From the NCBI GenBank assembly GCA_020348385.1, contig CP070750.1:942645-958520 (forward strand): a stretch of 15,876 nt of DNA. Reading direction: 5' to 3'. How positions within the stretch are numbered: position 1 is the stretch's first letter; every line of letters begins with the position of its first letter. The notes under the pieces are model-generated. The model was not told where the DNA came from and did no database searches. It saw only the letters and a list, made by a program, of their open reading frames with translations. Both the position numbers and the translations under genes were made by a program. Source of the stretch: Candidatus Aminicenantes bacterium (lineage in GTDB: Bacteria; Acidobacteriota; Aminicenantia; Aminicenantales; Aminicenantaceae). Below are positions 14,503 through 15,876 of the stretch, one piece after another.

Positions 14503-15129
14503 ATGAACAGCAAAGATTATTTTGAAAAGGTCGCCGATCAATGGGATCAAATGAGAAGAAGCTTTTTTTCTGACAAAGTGCGGAAAGTGGCTGTTGCAAA
14601 AGCGGATATTCAGGCCGGGAAATTGGCGGCGGATATCGGAGCAGGGACTGGTTTTGTAACTGAGGAGTTGGTTCAAAATGGCTTAAAGGTTATTGCTGTC
14701 GATCAATCGGGAGGCATGCTCGAAGAGATGAAAAAAAAGTTTGGCCGGATCGATACTGTCGAATACAGGATAGGAGATTTCAATAACTTACCTCTCCAGA
14801 ATGAAACAGTGGATTATGTTTTTGCCAACATGTATTTGCATCATGTCGACTTACCCCAGGTGGCGATAGAAGAGATGGCAAGAGTTTTAAAGCCAGGAGG
14901 CAAAGTTGTCATCACTGATATGGACGAACATAAATTCGAGTTCCTGAAGAAAGAACAGCACGACCGCTGGCTGGGATTTAAAAGGGAGGATGTCGAGCGC
15001 TGGTTTAATGAAGCAGGGCTGAAAAATGTAAGAGTAGAATGTATGGAGGAGGAGTGCTGCGCAGATTCTGTGGAATGCGGGGAGAAAGCGAGCGTCAGCT
15101 TATTCGTAGCTTATGGTGAGAAATCATGA
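14503..15129 (+). CDS. class I SAM-dependent methyltransferase (Methyltransf_11-like) with a Cys-rich C-terminal tail
   Basis: AGGAGG (14489-14494) 8 nt before the ATG. Motif I DIGAGTGFVTEEL, an acidic beta2 end (VIAVDQS), motif II DYVFANMYLHH and motif III LKPGGKVVITD. The C-terminus reads CMEEECCADSVECGE (C-x4-CC-x5-C). Confidence 0.85.
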   Translation: MNSKDYFEKVADQWDQMRRSFFSDKVRKVAVAKADIQAGKLAADIGAGTGFVTEELVQNGLKVIAVDQSGGMLEEMKKKFGRIDTVEYRIGDFNNLPLQNETVDYVFANMYLHHVDLPQVAIEEMARVLKPGGKVVITDMDEHKFEFLKKEQHDRWLGFKREDVERWFNEAGLKNVRVECMEEECCADSVECGEKASVSLFVAYGEKS

Positions 15130-15876
15130 ACTCGATTTCCGTTTTTTCCTTCTCAGGGTTTCAATAGTAAAATCTTCAAAGGTGATGGCGATGGCGATTT
15201 TGGTCATTAAAGTGAAAATAAGAAAGCCGATGGCAAAGATGGCCACCGAAATTTTGATTTCTGTCATAGACGGCCTGTAGATGTATATCTGCCCCAATGT
15301 ATCCGGAGTGAATCCGGGGATGAGCAGGGCGATTCCTTTTTCGATATAAACACCGAACCAGATTAAAATGGCTCCTAGGTTTAAGGTAATGACGTTTTTC
15401 CTCGTTTTGGGGATTAAAAAGAGCAAAAAGGCAATGATGCTTATGATCAATGAGACCCAGCCGTAGAACACGATATCACGGTTTTCCCCGACCCCGATAA
15501 AAAGGTATTTCAGATGGACCAGATGTTCTGTATCCGAGTATATTTCTTTGAACACTTCGGCGCCGAAAAAAAACAGGTTGATAAACATGGCATAAGCCAT
15601 AAGCTCGGCGATCTTCCAGATCGCTTCCTGTTTGATCTCGAACGTTGTGGTTTTTTTCAAAATCTGGAAGAGGATGATCAACACTGCCGGACCGGAGCAG
15701 AATGCCGATGCCAAAAATTTAGGAGCTAACAGCGCGCTGTTCCAATATGGTCGGCCGGCAAGCCCATTGTAAAGGAATGCGGTTACAGTATGGATACTGA
15801 TGGCAAGCGGGATAGAAAACAAAATAAACGGATTCAATAGCTTTTTGTTGTATTCCTTCTTGTAGAAGAGAGTATT
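15124..15876 (-). CDS. NrfD/PsrC-like polytopic membrane protein, C-terminal ~250 aa (gene continues beyond the window end)
   Basis: Minus-strand frame is open to the window edge; the track's M is an internal TTG. There are six TM helices, and the penultimate region YIYRPSMTEIKISVAIFAIGFLIF resembles the Y-x-P-S/T-x-x-E C-terminal signature of NrfD/PsrC quinol-interacting subunits. Its stop overlaps the methyltransferase stop (TCATGA at 15124-15129). Confidence 0.45.
   Translation of the reverse strand, partial: NTLFYKKEYNKKLLNPFILFSIPLAISIHTVTAFLYNGLAGRPYWNSALLAPKFLASAFCSGPAVLIILFQILKKTTTFEIKQEAIWKIAELMAYAMFINLFFFGAEVFKEIYSDTEHLVHLKYLFIGVGENRDIVFYGWVSLIISIIAFLLFLIPKTRKNVITLNLGAILIWFGVYIEKGIALLIPGFTPDTLGQIYIYRPSMTEIKISVAIFAIGFLIFTLMTKIAIAITFEDFTIETLRRKKRKSSS

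Noticed and set aside
14503-15129. Arsenite methyltransferase (ArsM) identity for the methyltransferase, given the Cys-rich tail and nearby AhpD-like gene
   Set aside because: ArsM needs a conserved Cys N-terminal to motif I plus two more in the core. This protein has no Cys before motif I and none in the core.
1-15876. CRISPR arrays, tRNA/rRNA genes, IS elements or integrase remnants
   Set aside because: No direct-repeat arrays, no cloverleaf-compatible GC-rich intergenic segments and no transposase or integrase-like ORFs were seen. The intergenic regions are short and AT-rich.

Overview
This window looks like a chromosomal region from an anaerobic, Gram-negative-type bacterium, with roughly 45% GC and strong GGAGG-type ribosome-binding sites. 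No rRNA, tRNA, CRISPR array or mobile element was found. From 10133 down to 1 everything lies on the minus strand: a compact six-TM K+ channel (TxGYGD filter) sits 31 nt upstream of a complete tripartite RND efflux operon (outer-membrane factor, membrane-fusion adaptor, permease). A small YtrA-like GntR regulator and a multi-TM SPFH/stomatin protein follow, then a tandem pair of flavodoxin-fold proteins, the first an iron-sulfur flavoprotein with a C-x2-C-x2-C-x7-C motif. The outer-membrane factor is the oddest gene here: a signal peptide, then a roughly 300-aa COG2984/PF04392-type periplasmic solute-binding domain, fused in frame to a two-repeat TolC domain. Transcribed divergently on the plus strand are an EntS-like (MFS_3) transporter and a TrmB-family regulator, followed by a small-enzyme cluster. 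That cluster holds a 74-aa signal/TM peptide, an AhpD-like Cys-x2-Cys protein, a cupin, a PhzF-family isomerase and a SAM methyltransferase with a Cys-rich tail. It converges on the 3' part of an NrfD/PsrC-like membrane protein that runs off the window. Candidate regulatory elements are a Fur-family-like 7-1-7 palindrome overlapping the -10 of the K+ channel/efflux promoter, an AATGTA-N4-TACATT palindrome in the gntR promoter, and a GGGTAGTnACTA(CCC) motif at the trmB promoter and again before the downstream cluster. All calls rest on reading the translations and the DNA by eye; no database search was possible.
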